DNA of 64,000 nucleotides from NCBI RefSeq assembly GCF_053078305.1, contig NZ_CP166879.1; one strand, 5' to 3'. Shown piece by piece: positions 27,749 to 38,517 of this stretch (position 1 is its first letter; each line of letters starts with the position of its first letter). The notes under the pieces were generated by a model. It saw only the letters and a program-made list of their open reading frames with translations, ran no database searches and was not told where the DNA came from. The position numbers and the translations under genes were made by a program.

Positions 27749-29065
27749 ATGAACGATAAAAACATCATTCAGATGCCTGATGGGTATCTGAATAAGACTC
27801 CCTTGTTCCAGTTTATTTTGTTATCGTGTTTATTCCCGCTATGGGGATGCGCAGCTGCATTAAATGACATATTAATCACTCAATTCAAAAGTGTATTTTC
27901 GCTAAGTAACTTTGCTTCAGCATTGGTGCAGAGCGCATTTTATGGAGGTTATTTTTTAATTGCAATACCAGCATCCCTTGTGATTAAAAAGACCAGTTAT
28001 AAGGTGGCAATTTTAATTGGCCTGACGCTGTATATTGGTGGTTGTACACTTTTTTTCCCTGCCTCGCATATGGCAACCTACACTATGTTCCTTGCGGCTA
28101 TTTTTGCGATTGCGATTGGCCTGAGCTTCCTTGAAACTGCAGCGAACACATACAGTTCGATGATTGGTCCAAAAGCCTACGCTACATTGCGGCTCAATAT
28201 CAGCCAGACCTTTTATCCGATTGGTGCTGCGTCTGGTATTTTATTGGGCAAATATCTGGTTTTCTCCGAGGGGGAAAGCCTTGAGAAGCAGATGTCCGGA
28301 ATGAACGCCGGGCAAATTCACAACTTTAAGGTGCTGATGTTAGAGAACACCCTTGAACCGTATAAGTATATGATTATGATTCTGGTTGTGGTCATGGTGT
28401 TGTTCCTTTTAACCCGCTTCCCAACCTGTAAAGTGGCACAGACAAGTCACCATAAACGCCCGTCAGCAATGGATACGCTGCGCTATCTGGCTAGAAATCC
28501 GCGCTTTCGTCGTGGTATTGTGGCTCAATTCCTTTATGTGGGTATGCAGGTCGCAGTATGGTCATTTACCATCCGTCTGGCGCTGGAGTTGGGCGATATC
28601 AACGAACGTGATGCTTCAAACTTCATGGTCTACAGCTTTGCCTGCTTCTTTATTGGCAAGTTTATAGCCAACATCCTTATGACACGTTTTAATCCGGAAA
28701 AAGTCCTGATTCTCTATTCCGTTATAGGGGCGCTGTTTCTGGCATATGTTGCACTGGCTCCAAGTTTCAGTGCGGTCTATGTCGCCGTCCTGGTAAGTGT
28801 TTTGTTTGGCCCTTGCTGGGCGACGATCTATGCAGGAACACTGGATACAGTTGATAACCAACATACAGAAATGGCAGGAGCAGTCATTGTTATGGCTATT
28901 GTTGGCGCAGCGGTGGTTCCGGCAATTCAGGGATATATTGCAGATATGTTCCACTCACTACAGCTTTCATTCCTGGTTTCTATGCTCTGTTTTGTCTATG
29001 TCGGTGTCTACTTCTGGCGTGAAAGCAAAGTACGTAATGCACTGGCTGAAGTCACAGAGTCCTGA
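27749..29065 (+). CDS. deoP: MFS sugar permease (FucP-like; DeoP-like deoxyribose permease)
   Basis: 438-aa polytopic membrane protein with ~12 hydrophobic segments, directly downstream of the kinase. Confidence 0.8.
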   Translation: MNDKNIIQMPDGYLNKTPLFQFILLSCLFPLWGCAAALNDILITQFKSVFSLSNFASALVQSAFYGGYFLIAIPASLVIKKTSYKVAILIGLTLYIGGCTLFFPASHMATYTMFLAAIFAIAIGLSFLETAANTYSSMIGPKAYATLRLNISQTFYPIGAASGILLGKYLVFSEGESLEKQMSGMNAGQIHNFKVLMLENTLEPYKYMIMILVVVMVLFLLTRFPTCKVAQTSHHKRPSAMDTLRYLARNPRFRRGIVAQFLYVGMQVAVWSFTIRLALELGDINERDASNFMVYSFACFFIGKFIANILMTRFNPEKVLILYSVIGALFLAYVALAPSFSAVYVAVLVSVLFGPCWATIYAGTLDTVDNQHTEMAGAVIVMAIVGAAVVPAIQGYIADMFHSLQLSFLVSMLCFVYVGVYFWRESKVRNALAEVTES

Positions 29066-29076
29066 GGAGAATCGTT

Positions 29077-30090
29077 ATGAGTACGCGTATTTATTTGTGG
29101 CGGGCGCTTTTTGGCGAAAAACCTCGTATCTTGCTGGAAAATAGTGATTTTACTGTCACGTCTTTTCGCTATGACAGTGGTGTCGAGGGGCTTAAAATTG
29201 CAAACAGTCGTGGACATTTAATTATTCTTCCCTGGATGGGGCAGATGATTTGGGATGCGCAATTTGATGGACACAGTCTCACCATGTGCAATATGTTTCG
29301 CCAGCCTAAACCGGCGACAGAGGTGATAGAAACCTATGGCTGTTTTGCCTTTCATTCAGGTTTGCTGGCTAATGGCTGCCCATCTGCGGAAGATACTCAT
29401 CTGCTACACGGTGAAATGGCCTGTGCCGCGATGGATGAAGCATGGATGGAATTAGAGGGAGATATGTTACGCCTTACCGGGCGTTACGAGTATGTAAAGG
29501 GATTCGGGCATCATTATCTGGCTCAGCCAGCAGTGGTCCTTCACAAATCCTCTACACTGTTCGATATTAAGATGGCCGTAACCAATCTGGCTTCTGTAGA
29601 TATGCCACTACAATATATGTGCCACATGAATTATGCATATATACCAAATGCTACGTTCAGTCAGAATATACCGGACGAAATATTAAGGTTGCGTGAATCA
29701 GTACCTTCGCATGTTAATCCCACCACTCAGTGGCTGGCGTTTAATCAACGGATTATGCAGGGAGAAGCCTCTCTGTCGACGCTGAATCAACCGGAGTTTT
29801 ATGATCCAGAAATTGTCTTCTTTGCAGACAAACTGGACGCTTACACAGATCAGCCAGAGTTTCGCATGATCGCTCCCGATGGCACTACGTTTGTTACTCG
29901 TTTCTCCAGTGCCGAACTAAATTATGTGACACGCTGGATCCTTTATAACGGCGAGCAGCAGGTAGCCGCCTTTGCATTACCTGCAACCTGTCGGCCTGAG
30001 GGATATCTTGCCGCGCAACGTAATGGCACGCTGATTCAGGTTGCACCGCAGCAAACGCGCACTTTTACAGTCACCACAGGAATTGAATAA
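29077..30090 (+). CDS. deoX: DeoX-like protein (aldose-1-epimerase-like)
   Basis: 337-aa ORF completing a kinase-permease-X operon in the arrangement reported for the deoK operon of pathogenic E. coli. Confidence 0.6.
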   Translation: MSTRIYLWRALFGEKPRILLENSDFTVTSFRYDSGVEGLKIANSRGHLIILPWMGQMIWDAQFDGHSLTMCNMFRQPKPATEVIETYGCFAFHSGLLANGCPSAEDTHLLHGEMACAAMDEAWMELEGDMLRLTGRYEYVKGFGHHYLAQPAVVLHKSSTLFDIKMAVTNLASVDMPLQYMCHMNYAYIPNATFSQNIPDEILRLRESVPSHVNPTTQWLAFNQRIMQGEASLSTLNQPEFYDPEIVFFADKLDAYTDQPEFRMIAPDGTTFVTRFSSAELNYVTRWILYNGEQQVAAFALPATCRPEGYLAAQRNGTLIQVAPQQTRTFTVTTGIE

Positions 30091-30112
30091 CCACTTAAGG
30101 CCTGAACAGCGG

Positions 30113-30144
30113 CGCGCTTATCGTTAAGGTAAGCGCGTTTTTTT
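30113..30144 (+). terminator. Rho-independent terminator after the deo operon
   Basis: Stem cgcgctta/taagcgcg, 9-nt loop, followed by TTTTTTT. Confidence 0.6.
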
Positions 30145-30417
30145 ACCCGCCAGGACAAGACTATGATAGCGTTGCCCTTATAGACGATCACATTATCGTC
30201 CACTCCAAATTTGTGCAACTACTGTAGAGTGGTGAACTCCACAGCTTCTTTTAGGATCTCAACTTCCATTGTTTTCTTACCGAGCAAGCACTGCAACTCT
30301 TTTATTTATTTGTAGTGGTCAACAAAAACTGGTCAGTAAGCGCTCCGCCTGTGACGTCTTGTGATGGTTGTCCTGTCTGGCAACAATCGCGTCCATCTAT
30401 ATTGATGGACACGAACG

Positions 30418-30813
30418 ATGAATTCTCAGACAGCAAAAGATATCACCGGCTTTCGCTCTTATTTGCCAGACGCATTACGTCTAAGATTCGACGAGCAATT
30501 ATCTGTCCGGGCTATCGCCCTGCAGTTAGGTCTCAGTCATTCCACCATTCATAATCTCTTTCAACGATTTAATGCCTCCGGTATTACTTGGCCATTACCT
30601 GAATCACTTTCAGTCGCCCAACTCGATGCCATACTTTATGCCAATAGAAAGAAGGAATTACCTGATGATCCTCAAATCAGCGAAAGCACATGGCGAAAAG
30701 AACGACGAACCTCCTACAGTCGTGAATTTAAAATCAGGCTGGTAAAACTGTTTTCCCCCCTCACTCCGGAACTTCTTAGGGTGCTCATTCGCGAAATGAA
30801 AGGGGGGATCTGA
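30418..30813 (+). pseudogene. Chimeric ORF: unrelated HTH-like N-terminus fused to an internally deleted IS66 OrfA remnant
   Basis: Residues ~95-115 (RRTSYSREFKIRLVKL) and the last ~15 residues (PELLRVLIREM) parallel OrfA at 51264-51689 (RRSFSNEFKLQMVKL … PELLTVLIREL); the middle of OrfA is missing and the first ~90 aa are unrelated. Confidence 0.45.
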
Positions 30814-31160
30814 TGATAACGCTGCCGACCGGTACCAAAATCTGGATCATCGCTGGCATCACAGATATGCGTTGTGGCTTCAACGGCCTGGCTTCGAAGG
30901 TGCAGAACACGCTGAAAGATGACCCGTTCTCCGGGCATATCTTCGTCTTCCGGGGCCGCAGTGGCAAAATGGTGAAAATACTGTGGGCCGATCGTGACGG
31001 GTTATGCCTGTTCTCCAAACGCCTGGAACGGGGCCGCTTCGTCTGGCCGGTAACCCGGGAAGGGAAAGTGCACCTGACGCCAGCTCAGTTATCCATGCTA
31101 CTGGAGGGGATCGCGTGGCAACATCCCAAACGGACAGAACGGCCTGGCATCCGGATATAA
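30813..31160 (+). CDS. IS66-family OrfB (TnpB accessory protein)
   Basis: 115 aa, clearly homologous to 51686-52036 (…TKIWIIAGITDMRCGFNGLA…FSGHIFVFRGRSGKMVKILWADRDGLCLF…). Confidence 0.8.
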   Translation: MITLPTGTKIWIIAGITDMRCGFNGLASKVQNTLKDDPFSGHIFVFRGRSGKMVKILWADRDGLCLFSKRLERGRFVWPVTREGKVHLTPAQLSMLLEGIAWQHPKRTERPGIRI

Positions 31161-31179
31161 CCCGTGATAAAACAGGGGA

Positions 31180-32376
31180 ATGAACAACACACTCCCCGAC
31201 GACATCGAGCAACTGAAGGCCCTGCTGATCGCACAGCAGGCGGTTATCGTCCGTCTGTCTGGTGAAATAACCGGCTATGCCCGCGAGATCAGCTCGCTCA
31301 GAGCGCTGGTCGCTAAACTGCAGAGAATGTTGTTCGGTCGCAGCAGCGAGAAAAGCCGCGAGAAGATAGAAAAGAAGATCGCACGGGCAGAAACGCGTAT
31401 AACCGAGCTCCAGAACAGGCTTGGTGAGGCGCAGTTGCAACTCACCTCAATGGCTGGAGAGACAGCGCCGAAAACATCAGACTCTCCCGTCCGCAAAGCA
31501 TTTCCGGCAACACTTCCCCGTGACAGGCAGGTTATCTCCCCGGCAGAAACCGAATGCCCCGTCTGCAGCGGCAAACTGAAACCGCTGGGAGAAAGCATCT
31601 CTGAACAACTGGATATCATCAACATCGCGTTCAGGGTAATCGAAACGGTTCGCCCAAAACTGGCCTGCAGCCGGTGCGACTGTATAGTTCAGGCTCCGCA
31701 GCCACCAAAACCCATCGAGCGCAGTTACGCCAGTCCGGCTCTGCTGGCCCGCATAATCATGGCGAAGTTCGCCGAGCATCTGCCGCTGTACCGTCAGTCG
31801 GAAATCTATGCCCGCCAGGGCGTGGAGCTGCACCGCAATACGATGGGGCGCTGGGTTGACATCATGGGAGAGCAGCTTCGCCCGCTGTATGATGAACTGA
31901 AGCACTATGTGCTGATGCCGGGTAAAGTGCATGCCGATGACACGCCGGTAAATGTACTGGAGCCGGGTCAGGGTAAAAACCGTACCGGACGGCTGTGGGT
32001 CTATGTTCGTGACGATCGCAACGCCGGTTCGACCATGCCGGCAGCGGTGTGGTTCTCATACTCTCCCGACCGCAAAGGTATCCACCCGCAGCAACATCTG
32101 GCGGACTACAGAGGTATCCTGCAGGCCGATGCATATGCGGGTTACAATGCTCTTTACGAAAGCGGTCAGGTAACCGAAGCGGCTTGTATGGCACATGCCC
32201 GACGCAAGATCCACGATGTACATGTCCGCCATCCAACGACAGTAACGGGAGAAGCACTCCGTCGTATCGGGGCACTGTACGCTATCGAGTCTGAGATCCG
32301 CGGCAGTCCGGCAGAAGAGCGACTGGCGGTCAGAAAAGCCAGAACGGTACCGCTAATGCAGTCGTTGTATGAGTAG
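31180..32376 (+). pseudogene. IS66-family transposase TnpC, C-terminally disrupted
   Basis: 398 aa aligns with the first ~400 aa of the 537-aa TnpC at 52067-53680; the conserved C-terminal region appears downstream in shifted frames. Confidence 0.75.
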
Positions 32377-32988
32377 CTCCAGGGGCAGATGAGCACGCTG
32401 TCGCGCCACTCGGATACGGCGAAAGCGTTCACCTATCTGCTGAAGCAATGGCTGGGTTGAGATCAACAATAACCTGTGTGAAAACGCCCTCCGGGTAGTT
32501 GCAGTGAGGCGGCGTAACTACATGTTCTCCGGCTCTGATGGTGGAGGCGACAGTGCGGCAGTGATGTACAGTGTGAAACAGTTGTTCGGAGGTTCACTGA
32601 TGCCGTGAGATTAAGATGGACAGGTTGAAGGGGCTTTAGCCATGGTACGTGCGTTGAATAAAATGACGAAGGCAGGTATGCCAGAAAGCATTTGTATCGT
32701 CTGAAAATACGATTTGCCATGTATCTATTTATACAATAAATCCAAAGAAGGATATAATACTATATGAGATATTGTATGACAGATAATATAAATTCAGATG
32801 CTGGCAACATACCAGACTACTGTCAGGTTAAGGACTGGGCATTCTGTCGATTATTTTTGTGATGTTTCTCAACTTTTTTCCATTCAAATAGTATATCACC
32901 ACAGAAAAATTTTATGTAAGCAGATAATAACTATTGGAGTTATTTATAATAATTTTGTGTTTTATTTTACTGATTTTATATAGTAAGC

Positions 32989-34214
32989 ATGAGTGATTTT
33001 AAGCAGAAAAAAATTCTGACAGGGAAAAACGTTTTTCAGAGCGCCACAGAGCGTATTGAATGGGTTTTTGATACTTTCTCTGATATTTGTTTATCCTTTT
33101 CCGGAGGAAAGGATTCCACTGTTTTATTTCATCTTGTCGCAGATATCGCCCGAAGAAAAAAACGGCGTTTCTCCGTGTTGTTTATTGACTGGGAGGCTCA
33201 GTACTCATGTACTATCCACCACGTGCAAAAAATGCGGGAAATGTATCTTGATGTTACAGAGTTTTTCTACTGGGTGGCATTACCTCTGACAACAGTGAAT
33301 GGTGTTTCCCAGTTTCAGCCTGAATGGATATGCTGGGAGTCAGGTGCGGAATGGGTTCGTAAACCACCTGATTATGCTATTACTGACCCGGCTTTCCTTT
33401 TTATCGGTATGCCATGACATTTGAGGAATTTGTCCCGGCCTTTTCATCCTGGATGACCAGAAGTAAACGCACTCTGGCAGTGCTGACGGGAGTTCGTGCT
33501 GACGAGTCGCTGAACAGATTTATGGGGCTGGCTTCTCAGCGTAAGTTGCGCTATGCGGATGATAAGCCATGGACCACAGCATCACCGGAAGGTTTTTACT
33601 ATACGATGTACCCTCTGTATGACTGGAAAACCCGCGATATATGGATATATAACGCCAGAACGCATGCCATTTATAATCCATTGTATGACCTGATGTTCAG
33701 AGCGGGGGTTCCGTTGCGGAATATGCGTGTCTGTGAGCCATTTGGTCCGGAGCAACGTAAAGGGTTGTGGCTTTACCATGTACTGGAACCTGAGACATGG
33801 GCCAGGATGTGTGCCCGGGTATCAGGTGCAGCCAGTGGCGCTCTTTATGCAAACGAAAGTGGTGCTTATTTTGCGCTTCACAAGCGTATATCAAAACCTG
33901 ATCATCATACCTGGCGAAGCTATGCAATGTTTTTGTTGAATGTAATGCCAGAAAAAACGGCAGAACATTACCGGAATAAAATAGCAGTATATCTGCACTG
34001 GTATAAGACTCATGGATATCCTGATGATATACCTGATGAGCAGGATAATGATTTGGGCAGTCGTGATATTCCGTCATGGCGGCGTATTTGTAAGGTTCTG
34101 ATAAAAAATGATTTCTGGTGCCGAAGCTTATCCTTCAGTCCAAATAAACCTCGTTATTATGAACGTTACCTGCAGCGCATGAGAAAGAGGAGAGAAGAAT
34201 GGGGAATTTTGTGA
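32989..34214 (+). pseudogene. ibrA: IbrA-like PAPS-reductase-family (PP-loop) gene, frameshifted
   Basis: ORFs 32989..33417 and 33414..34214 together align colinearly with the intact paralog at 57911-59131; PP-loop SFSGGKDS present; frame changes near the T-tract at 33398-33402. Confidence 0.65.
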
Positions 34215-34837
34215 CATTAGAAATATTAACGGATATGATTCGCCAATATTTCGGTCAGTACAGACCAGAAGATGAGACAGTTAATGCTTTAAATCATCTG
34301 CGCCGAATACTTCATGAAGTTGGCCCCTTTTCACAAGAACCTGTTGATTGTGTGCTGTGGGTAAAATCTTCTGAGGTGGTAGCCAATGATTACAATCCTA
34401 ATGTAATGGCGCCAGGAGAGAAAAAATTACTGAAGCAGTCGCTGGAAAAAGATGGATTCACACAGCCGGTTGTTGTTTCAGAAGAAAAAGATAATTACCT
34501 TGTAGTGGATGGTTTTCATCGTCAGTTGCTGGGTAGAGGAAGTAGCGTAGTAAAACGCTTCAGAGGATGGCTTCCTGTCGCCTGTATTAACCCGGAGAGA
34601 AAGGGGCAGGCAGAGCGGATAGCAGCGACAATTCGCCATAATCGTGCCAGAGGAAAACATCAGATTACATCAATGTCGGATATTGTCCGGGACTTGTCCC
34701 GTCTGGGGTGGTCGGATGACCGTATTGGCACAGAGTTGGGGATGGACCAGGATGAGGTATTGAGGCTGAAACAGATTAGTGGGCTGACGGAGTTATTTCT
34801 GGAAGAAGATTTTAGTGATGCATGGACGGTTCGTTAG
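34199..34837 (+). CDS. ibrB: IbrB-like ParB-like nuclease-domain protein
   Basis: 212 aa; ParB-type motifs (…DGFHRQ…, …IRHNRARGKHQ…); overlaps the end of ibrA by 16 nt. Confidence 0.7.
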   Translation: MGNFVTLEILTDMIRQYFGQYRPEDETVNALNHLRRILHEVGPFSQEPVDCVLWVKSSEVVANDYNPNVMAPGEKKLLKQSLEKDGFTQPVVVSEEKDNYLVVDGFHRQLLGRGSSVVKRFRGWLPVACINPERKGQAERIAATIRHNRARGKHQITSMSDIVRDLSRLGWSDDRIGTELGMDQDEVLRLKQISGLTELFLEEDFSDAWTVR

Positions 34838-35757
34838 CTCTGTAAAAGTTTATTAGTCGCAATCTGTGCGGGTGAAATGAGCATTTTTATTCATTGAATA
34901 CAGGTTGACGCGGATAGCGGTAACAACTTATTACTGTCAGTAAGGCATGGTGGGCCTCTATTCAGGTCAATTTCGTCAATGGACACGCAGGTATGAGCAG
35001 CAGGAAGCATAAAACTGCCAGATGGAACCATAGCTCAAGTCTCGTCCCCGCAGCAGGTTATTTCTGGGGGACAGCAGCCTCCGAGTCAAAAAAATCTCTG
35101 ATGAGCAGATTGCCGTATCAGGGAAATGTATCCAGAAATTGGTGACGCAGTGGCTTCGCTGATCCGTAAAAATGACTATCTCCAGTCGCGTGTTCGGTGT
35201 GTGAGGAGTTGTTAGGGTGCATGAACTGGATTTTTCAGGGAAGCCGCTGAGGCCTGGCAGAATGCAGCCCGGCTGGCCCCCTGTGAAGCATGGCGGGATT
35301 TTGCCCTGAAGAGGGCATCTGCATGCCGGTGTAAGTGCCGATAAAAATAACCCCCGTCGCGGAGCTCCGGGGGATCAGGCTTATATGGCAGATCGTTATT
35401 ATTATAGTGGTGTAAGAAGGAGTTGCCCTGTCTTTCAAACGGACATCACAGAGTTAACATATTTCACATCCCGGGTAAGCCAGCAGGGATAAAAAATGTG
35501 ATGAATTTCAAGAAGCAGGAGGTGACAGTGGCATGCATAACAGTATGGTTATGTCCGGTGAATCTGACAGACAGCCGGGCAGTATTCGCGGCAGGATCGA
35601 GTAGGAGGCGGGATCAGTGGTCGACGGGTTCTTTCATTTTTGGCATTGGCAAAAAATGTTATCAGATACATACCGAATATATTGAAAACCTTGTCTCGAA
35701 TGTTTACCGAGATCGATACCAATAAGCGCAACGTTTTGCATGATGGTACCCTCTAAA

Positions 35758-35796
35758 ATAACCCCCCTGTCAGCGTACCGCTAACAGGGGGGGACC
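35758..35796. other. GC-rich hairpin in decayed, ORF-poor region
   Basis: cccccctgt…acagggggg stem with ~13-nt loop; surrounding 34.84-37.34 kb has only short mutually overlapping ORFs. Confidence 0.4.
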
Positions 35797-37341
35797 ATCT
35801 CATTACATCATATTGCTTCATGGTGCATCAGCGACCACAGGATGCCGCAAAAGCCGAAAAACGGACCAGAGCGCCTGAAATCATTCCTCGCCTCAGTATC
35901 TGTTGCCCATGGAGTGGCCGATAACAGACCATTGTCGGATGAGCCTTACCCCCCTTCCTTCCCGGTGGTATCCGGATGTGCTGCCAGCCTTCTCAGTTAA
36001 CCGATGTTTTCCGGGCTTTTCGCCATGCTGATGCCTGATAACGTATTCCTGGTCGTAAAACCCGTCAATATGCGCCGGGGCATCGACAAAACTGACACAG
36101 TACGTCCGGAAAGAACTTAACGCTGCATGGCACGACAATGCTGCCTTTGTCTTTACCAACAAGGCTCGTTCCCGCATAAAAGTTCTACGCCGGGATAAAC
36201 ATGGCGTATGGCTGCGTCAGGCCTTCACTACTTCACACCGGAAGTCTTCCACCCTGACACGAATATACCGTCCGGGCTCTTTCGCAGGTGCAAACAGTTT
36301 TTCACATTCGGCGAATGTCATTTCTGAATCCTGGTAACGCAACCACTGAACCGGCATATTACCGGGTTTGATTATTGTCGCAGTTATTTTATATCGTTTC
36401 CCCATATCGCCTCTCATCCTGACAACAAAATTACCGGCTGAGCCATCACTCCGGTAAAGCATGCGAAAAAAAGTGAGCGTCTCAGCAATGGCTCATGCGG
36501 TGATTCTGTACGGGCACCGATGGCACCTCAGAATACAACAAAGATATCAGCGCAACATGTCTCTCCCGTTATTTTTCAGAGTTCTTTACCCACCATCTGT
36601 CACATTGTCAACGCCGCAACCTTAACAGTATCCAGGCCAGTACATGCGCAATATCCCATGGAAACACAAACAGAAAGCCGCTGCTTCTTTTCACACGGCA
36701 AAGCGGGTTTTTCGGGCGATGGTTATGGCTGCAGAAGATGGTGTACTGCCGGAAGTCTCCGGGGCAGGAGACAACGGATACGGTAGCTGACCAGTGTTAT
36801 ACAAAGAGCGTCATTGAAGTGGCTGAACACAGTAAGCGATGAGATTGTTTACCTTTCGGTCATGACAAAAATGACTCCTGCAGTGATGGATAAACTTTGA
36901 GCAGGAAAAGTTTTTACGTCTGATTCTGGCGGAACGGGGGGATAAGAATATGAATAATGTGAAGTGAAACATTATTTTTTCTGTACGGGCTGGCTGCAGA
37001 TTTCTTTTTTTTCTGTGTTTTTGTTTTATTTTGTTGATTTTACTTGTTTTGATGATTGTTTTCATATTTCCCCGAATATATTACATTTTTTGTGCAGGAA
37101 TTTAAAATAAGTAATTTTACCTGATATTTTTAAATTAATTCATGTTTATGTAAATATATGAAAATATCACCATCTTTTGATGGTGATAAGGAAGGGTTCT
37201 GGAAAACATATTTCGCATTTAAGTATACAGCGTATTTGACTGAAAATAAATTTATTTTAGCTGAACAGTGATTAACGGGTTTGCATAATTATATGCGCGT
37301 TTTTATATACCTGTAAACAGGTAAAATAAAGGGATTATATT

Positions 37342-37920
37342 ATGTCCGGATTTAAATTTAGTAAGATATGTAAAGCCGTATGTTTATATGCAGCGGTGTC
37401 CATGCCTGCTTTTTCCGCAGATGATGGCATTGCTGTTGTCACGGATGGTGACGGTACAAATATAGCCATTGGTGATAAAGCGGATAGCAGAAAGATGAAC
37501 GGTGACAACTCGATATCAATAGGTAAATCTTCCTCTATCGGCTATGGCAATAACAGCATTGCTGTCGGGACCTCTTCCTATGTAACCAGTAGTGATGCCA
37601 TAGCCATTGGTACGAACAGTCTTGCTAGGGCAAACGGAACGATTGTTATTGGTAAAAATGCCAAATCCGGCGGTGGTCAGGGGGTAGTTATCGGTGAGAT
37701 GTCAACGCCACGATGTTTGACCTACCGTCTTATATCACTGGCGCTGACAGAGGGGGCAACTAAGTTGCCTGGCATGTTTATGACAATAAAGAGTACCGTC
37801 ATGCATCATGGCGAACAGGAAATTACAGTGCCGTCTTACCGGGGCGATCAGCGCATGGTTGTGTCGTTTACCCTGGCTCATTATTACGTGTGCAGTAAGC
37901 CCCGGATATCAGGTCACTGA
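37342..37920 (+). pseudogene. 5' fragment of a trimeric autotransporter adhesin gene
   Basis: 37384-37699 is near-identical DNA to 49270-49585 (signal peptide end plus first head repeats of the 580-aa adhesin); similarity ends at 37700 and the ORF runs into unrelated sequence. Confidence 0.6.
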
Positions 37921-38506
37921 GTATATCTTTGAATGAGCGGTAAACCGGGGATGCGATCTGCTGCCCGGGAAAGTCGAACTGACTGGTCAATAGATATCAA
38001 TACGTGGCAGCTAGGCCGTTTACAGGTATCTGACAAGGACACCTTCTGAGCGTGCAATGTGGACGGGTAATACAACGATGGTAGCAGGCTGGTCAGAAAT
38101 CAGCAGTATATGCCCATATTTCTTGAGTCGGATATCTGTTTCCTGAGTTTGTTTTCGTCGTTTGCTAATATTTTGTCGAACTAATTATCAGAACTATTAA
38201 TGATAACAGTGTGGCAGGGATCTTTACCGATATCAACGTAAATAACGACCTTAACAGGTGCGTAATTGCTGGATTTTGCCATGCTGTTACCCTGTTGATA
38301 CGGGTTAATTAAATAACTTTGGGGAAGCAGGTACCGGCGTTCACTACCACTCTCCCTGATAATGTATCCTGCATGCCTGATAATTTTTCCGGGCTAATGT
38401 AAAATAACCCTGAAATATATTAAGTTGATTAATAGACTGGTAATGAAAAAAACAGGTATTATTTATTATATAAAATTCCGGATTCGATGCGGCTTGCGAT
38501 ATATTA

Positions 38507-38517
38507 TTTTTTTTTTT
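38507..38517. repeat. Poly(T)11 homopolymer tract upstream of the T1SS operon
   Basis: Eleven consecutive T at 38507-38517, ~460 bp upstream of the GTG start at 38976. Confidence 0.9.

Larger units (their letters stand above)
30418..32640 (+). mobile_element. Degenerate IS66-family element (left end missing, orfB intact, tnpC disrupted)
   Basis: OrfB-like and TnpC-like ORFs homologous to the intact IS66-family copy at 51178-53710; no IS66 terminal inverted repeat recognised at either end; tnpC reading frame breaks after residue 398 with C-terminal remnants in other frames. Confidence 0.7.

Noticed and set aside
30127-30150. GTAAGCG motif as a possible IS66 left inverted repeat
   Set aside because: The motif is one arm of the deo operon terminator hairpin and there is no matching right end; the IS66 remnant starts further downstream.
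30336-30358. gtaagcgctccgcctgtgacg as an IS66 left end 80 bp before the ORF at 30418
   Set aside because: The ORF carries ~90 non-IS66 residues before OrfA homology begins, which cannot fit the ~86-bp end-to-orfA spacing seen in the intact copy; probably a chance match.
31477-32275. Minus-strand ORFs 31477..31932 and 31862..32275
   Set aside because: Antisense to the IS66 tnpC remnant.
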